From: Candidatus Latescibacterota bacterium
Lineage (GTDB): Bacteria > Latescibacterota > UBA2968 > UBA8231
NCBI GenBank assembly: GCA_965200315.1
Contig: OZ241362.1
Span: forward strand, 288,001 to 352,000
Reading direction: 5' to 3'
DNA length: 64,000 nt
In this document: positions 60,286-64,000 of the stretch, piece by piece
How positions within the stretch are numbered: the stretch's first letter is position 1
How the letters are laid out: every line of letters starts with the position of its first letter
Position numbers and translations under genes: made by a program
Notes under the pieces: model-generated
Told to the model about the DNA's origin: nothing
Database searches by the model: none
The model's input: only the letters and a program-made list of their open reading frames with translations

Positions 60286-62616
60286 CTAGCGACCCGGTTC
60301 GACCATCCACTCAGGCAAGGCGATCTGGTAGGTAACTACGTCCTCTAGCGGTTTGAAGCGGACGCGGTCTCCTTCCATATCGGCCCGATAGACGTCCGGC
60401 TCTTCGTCATCGGACTTGAAGGCCAACAGGCGCAACGGGGGTAGTTTGCGATCTGGCCAGTACTGGCCCACGTCGATTACTATATCGGCTTGGCACCCAA
60501 AGGGCACGATGTCAATTTCCCATTTGCGCTCTTTAATGGCGACAGCGCCATCGAGTTCTACGGGGCCAAATTGCCCCCGTTGCCCTCGGGTATCGACGAA
60601 CAAATAGTCTGCGCAAGAGGCGTAGTCTATGTGCCCTGAGCCGGCGTCGGCTGAATAGACCAGCAGCGATGAGTCCTGCAAGGCGCAAAACGAGCCTGGG
60701 GGAAGGTGGTAAGCCACATCGCTTTGGTGGACGGTCCAAGGCTGCTCCCAACCGAGGTTGGCATAGACTTCAAGGCCATTGTCGTACGTCACCCGTACCT
60801 GTCCTTGAGCAAACGCGCCGGAAAGCAACGCATCGTTAGTCTCCAAAAACTGGTCGTTGTGGCAGTAAGCGATGGCGCGCACTGGGACACGGAGGTAGTG
60901 CTTTTGTAGTTCGCGCAGCATGTAATAGGATTTGACCGTAGAGGCGATGCCCCACTCCAACTGGTCGGGAAGCAGACAGGCGTGGCCAAAGGCCGCAGTA
61001 GCGGCGAGATAGCGGTCGAGATAGGTGCTGCGACTGTGTTTTTCACCTTGGGGGATGTGCTCAGCAAAGTACTGATCGATGGTCCCCAGACCTGCATCGG
61101 TTTCAATGGGATGGAGGTTTTGCAGGTCGAAGTCTACCAGCGGCGGAATGCGGCTGGGATCGTTCCCGACCATGCGAGCGAGGTAACCGGTCAGGACGCC
61201 GGCGTAGAACCAGTGATTGCCGCCGTTCCCGATGGCCAAGCCAGCTTGGGCTTGGGATTGGAGAAGGCTTTGTTGCCGGGAATAGCTACCCGCCAAGTGG
61301 CCGGTTGCTGACGCGCCGGCGCTGAAGTCGTTGAATTCCCAAGGTGGAACTTCGGCGTGTTCGCTTACGTACAGGGCGTCGCAGGGGTATTTGTCGATGA
61401 TGGTGCGCGCGTGTTGGGGTGCGTGCGCCAATGCTTCGGACGGCTTGAGCAAATACAGCCCGGGTCCAGTAGGGTTTGGGCTGCCATCGGCGAGTTGGGC
61501 CGCCCATTCGGGCTGCCAGCAGGAACTGGTAGGAGCGATGTGGCGATAGTTGACTTGGAGGCTGGTTTTGTAGCCCAAGTCGGACAGGGCGTCGAGGTAC
61601 TCGTCGAGGGCGTCTTCACCGCCTTTGGCCTCTGCTCCTTCCACCACGAGCGTGGCGTCGCCGTCGCCATCGTGCCAAGTTTCGCTGGGGTGGTTGATCA
61701 GTAAGTGATCGATGCCCATCAGCTTGAGCTGACGCATGTTTTCGTATAACTCGACGTAGCTTTCTTGGGATGCGTCGATATAGGGGATGTTGTACCAGAC
61801 CCAGTCGGCTAGCGTTTCGCCTAACTCGGCCTCGGCCGTGGAAAAGGCCGGAAGGACTTCTTCGTATTGGGTGGAGACCGTTATGAGCCAGCGTTCCTGA
61901 AAGTCGCGGCGCTTGCCGTCGCTTTGGCTGGCGTAGCCACAGCCACCGTTGAGTTGGACGAGGCGCTGGGACTCGGCTTCGGGCGGAGCGTACAGGGTGG
62001 AAGCACGCGAGTAGTGCCAATCCACGAAGCTAGACAAGAAATGGCCCGCAGTGCAGAGGATGCGCGGGTAGTTGTCACCGAAATTGAAATAGGGGATGGT
62101 GATCAGGCGCGGGTGCAAGGCCCCGGTGACCCGGCCGAGCGAGAGGCCAGTGCCCTTGCCGTGCCCGCCTTCGATTTCCACGACGAGGGACTTGCCGCGG
62201 ATGCTGAGCCGGTAGAGGAAGTTGGCTTGTTCCTCCCCAAGTTTCCACTGCCAACGGGCCTCGACGCAATCGCCAACTTGCTCGCAGGAGATGAAGTGTC
62301 GCTCTACTTCTTCGCTATCGGCTGGCCAAACCGAGCCGCCCATTTCCACGGCGATCCCGCCGTCTTCGGCTGGTTTGATCGGGTCGTTGTTGTTGACTTC
62401 TAGCTCTATATCGGCGAAGGTGCCATCGATGGGCGTGTAGATAAATTGGACGACGGCAGAGACTGAGCGGCTTTCAAAGACAAAGGAAATACCCTCTTTG
62501 CGAATCGAGGTTTCGACTTCTTCGTGGAGCGTGGGAAAAATCGAGAGTTGACTGTGGCTAGCGGATGCGGGCTTTTGCTCGCCCGGAGTCGTCGCCACCC
62601 CTGTTTGGTCTGCCAT
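60286..62616 (-). CDS. large hypothetical protein, possibly a glycoside-hydrolase-like barrel
   Basis: 776-aa ORF; upstream minus-strand TTGACA-N17-TATGTT; no signal peptide. Confidence 0.7.
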   Translation of the reverse strand: MADQTGVATTPGEQKPASASHSQLSIFPTLHEEVETSIRKEGISFVFESRSVSAVVQFIYTPIDGTFADIELEVNNNDPIKPAEDGGIAVEMGGSVWPADSEEVERHFISCEQVGDCVEARWQWKLGEEQANFLYRLSIRGKSLVVEIEGGHGKGTGLSLGRVTGALHPRLITIPYFNFGDNYPRILCTAGHFLSSFVDWHYSRASTLYAPPEAESQRLVQLNGGCGYASQSDGKRRDFQERWLITVSTQYEEVLPAFSTAEAELGETLADWVWYNIPYIDASQESYVELYENMRQLKLMGIDHLLINHPSETWHDGDGDATLVVEGAEAKGGEDALDEYLDALSDLGYKTSLQVNYRHIAPTSSCWQPEWAAQLADGSPNPTGPGLYLLKPSEALAHAPQHARTIIDKYPCDALYVSEHAEVPPWEFNDFSAGASATGHLAGSYSRQQSLLQSQAQAGLAIGNGGNHWFYAGVLTGYLARMVGNDPSRIPPLVDFDLQNLHPIETDAGLGTIDQYFAEHIPQGEKHSRSTYLDRYLAATAAFGHACLLPDQLEWGIASTVKSYYMLRELQKHYLRVPVRAIAYCHNDQFLETNDALLSGAFAQGQVRVTYDNGLEVYANLGWEQPWTVHQSDVAYHLPPGSFCALQDSSLLVYSADAGSGHIDYASCADYLFVDTRGQRGQFGPVELDGAVAIKERKWEIDIVPFGCQADIVIDVGQYWPDRKLPPLRLLAFKSDDEEPDVYRADMEGDRVRFKPLEDVVTYQIALPEWMVEPGR

Positions 62617-62776
62617 GGAACGTCCTGACTCAGCTCGTTTTTACATAATTGCCAAAGTAAAACAACATAGAGAATAAACGAGGGCGTGTCAAGCTGAAGG
62701 CCGCTTGGTTTGACCGGGGGATAAAACCATTCTATCTTATTGTTTTTATAATAACTTTAGTGGTGTATAAACCAGC

Positions 62777-64000
62777 TTGGAATCGAGAGATTGCATAGTG
62801 GTCGGCGGTGGGGCCGCCGGCATGCTGGCAGCCATTGTTGCCGCCGAGGCGGGCGAGCGGGTGATCCTGCTTGAAGGCAGCGGAAAATTGGGGCGGAAGA
62901 TATTGATTTCGGGCAATGGGCGCTGCAACCTGACGAATAGGGCGGCGGACGATCTCCGGCACTACCACGGTACGCATCCGCGCTTTGTCCGCAGCGCGCT
63001 CGACCAATTCCGCTTAGACGAAACCTTGGCGTTTTTTGCCGATCTAGGGATTGAGTTCCGCGAAGAAAAACGGCAGCGCCTCTTCCCGGTGTCGGATCAG
63101 GCGCAGGCGGTCGTCGATTTGCTCGCGGACCGCATGAGTTGCCTAGGCGTCCGCGTCGAAACCCATGCTAAGGTGGTGGGTATAGGCCGCGTCCCCGGCG
63201 CGGCGCGCTTTGCGTTGCGCGCCGCCGAGGGGCAGTGCTACACCGGAGCGCGCGTGATATTGGCCAGCGGCGGCGTCAGCCTCGCTCGCTTGGGAGCCGA
63301 CCGCTCGGGTATGGATTTGGCCGTGGCCATGGGGCATCAGCTCACCGACCTCAAGCCCGGGTTGGTGCCGCTCATCAGCCCGGAAAAATACGTCGCCCGC
63401 ATGCAAGGGCTCAAGGTCCGGGCCGAAGTGCGCGTTGCGCTCAAAGGAGGGCGTGAGGTCGGTGATACAGACGATTTGCTCTTCACAAAATACGGCGTCT
63501 CTGGGTTTGCCATATTAAACCTCAGCGCTCGCTTGGTACCCGAGTTAAAGACGCAGCAAGCCGTACTCCGGGTCAATTTTTTCCCCGGTCGAAGCCCGGA
63601 AGCGATCAGTCAATTGCTCAAAGAGCGCTGGCAGCGCCATCCCCATCGCTCGCTAGCGCTGAGTTTCGCCGGTCTGCTTTCCAGCAAATTGGTGCATCCA
63701 CTCTTGAACCACTTGGGGTTTGACGCGGCACAGCGGGTCGATCAGCTCGGCAAGAGCGCGCGCTGGCAGCTTGCCCAGCACCTGACGAATTGGCCGATTG
63801 CCGTCAGCGGCCCGAGGCCGTTTGACTACGCCGAAGTGACGATCGGGGGCATAAGCACCGAGGATGTCAATCCCGATACGCTCGAATCCTTTTTGGTGCC
63901 CGGGCTGTACTTTGCCGGCGAGATGGTTGACGTTCACGCCGACTTGGGGGGATTTAACTTCCAATGGGCTTGGGCCAGCGGCGTTCTCGCCGGTCGCCGG
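62777..64000 (+). CDS. HI0933/BaiN (YhiN) family flavoprotein, runs off the window end
   Basis: Absent from the ORF track because it has no stop; IVVGGGAAG, GRKILISGNGRCNLTN, VTIGGI, GLYFAGE, GGFNFQWAW. Confidence 0.92.
   Translation, partial: MESRDCIVVGGGAAGMLAAIVAAEAGERVILLEGSGKLGRKILISGNGRCNLTNRAADDLRHYHGTHPRFVRSALDQFRLDETLAFFADLGIEFREEKRQRLFPVSDQAQAVVDLLADRMSCLGVRVETHAKVVGIGRVPGAARFALRAAEGQCYTGARVILASGGVSLARLGADRSGMDLAVAMGHQLTDLKPGLVPLISPEKYVARMQGLKVRAEVRVALKGGREVGDTDDLLFTKYGVSGFAILNLSARLVPELKTQQAVLRVNFFPGRSPEAISQLLKERWQRHPHRSLALSFAGLLSSKLVHPLLNHLGFDAAQRVDQLGKSARWQLAQHLTNWPIAVSGPRPFDYAEVTIGGISTEDVNPDTLESFLVPGLYFAGEMVDVHADLGGFNFQWAWASGVLAGRR

Overview
A gene-dense, GC-rich bacterial chromosomal segment with about 60 CDS, two tRNAs (Thr-CGT, Asn-GTT), no rRNA, no CRISPR array and no intact mobile element. 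Gene content (Wzi- and BamA-like outer-membrane proteins, a short RpoD-type sigma factor, rny, dxr) suggests a diderm, possibly FCB-related lineage, but that is inference only. Housekeeping genes include ssb, eno, sodA, folE, rny, dxr, queD, msrAB, korAB and hemE. The most notable locus is 22.5-27.4 kb, a phage-shock (Psp)-like operon. It has a consensus sigma-54 promoter with PspF-like upstream sites, then pspA, a membrane-anchored winged-helix protein, two small membrane proteins sharing a 62-nt near-identical repeat, a soluble TPR histidine kinase, and a PspF-like activator. That activator carries a receiver domain and lacks the Trp (E. coli W56) used for PspA inhibition, so the Psp response appears rewired to two-component control. 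Other oddities are a stand-alone ftsA, nth with an in-frame TAA, an MmeI-like relic, a degenerate UvrA paralog, a small HTH protein with a QLSLF beta-clamp motif, and C-rich hairpin leaders. All family calls come from motif recognition by eye; no database searches were run.
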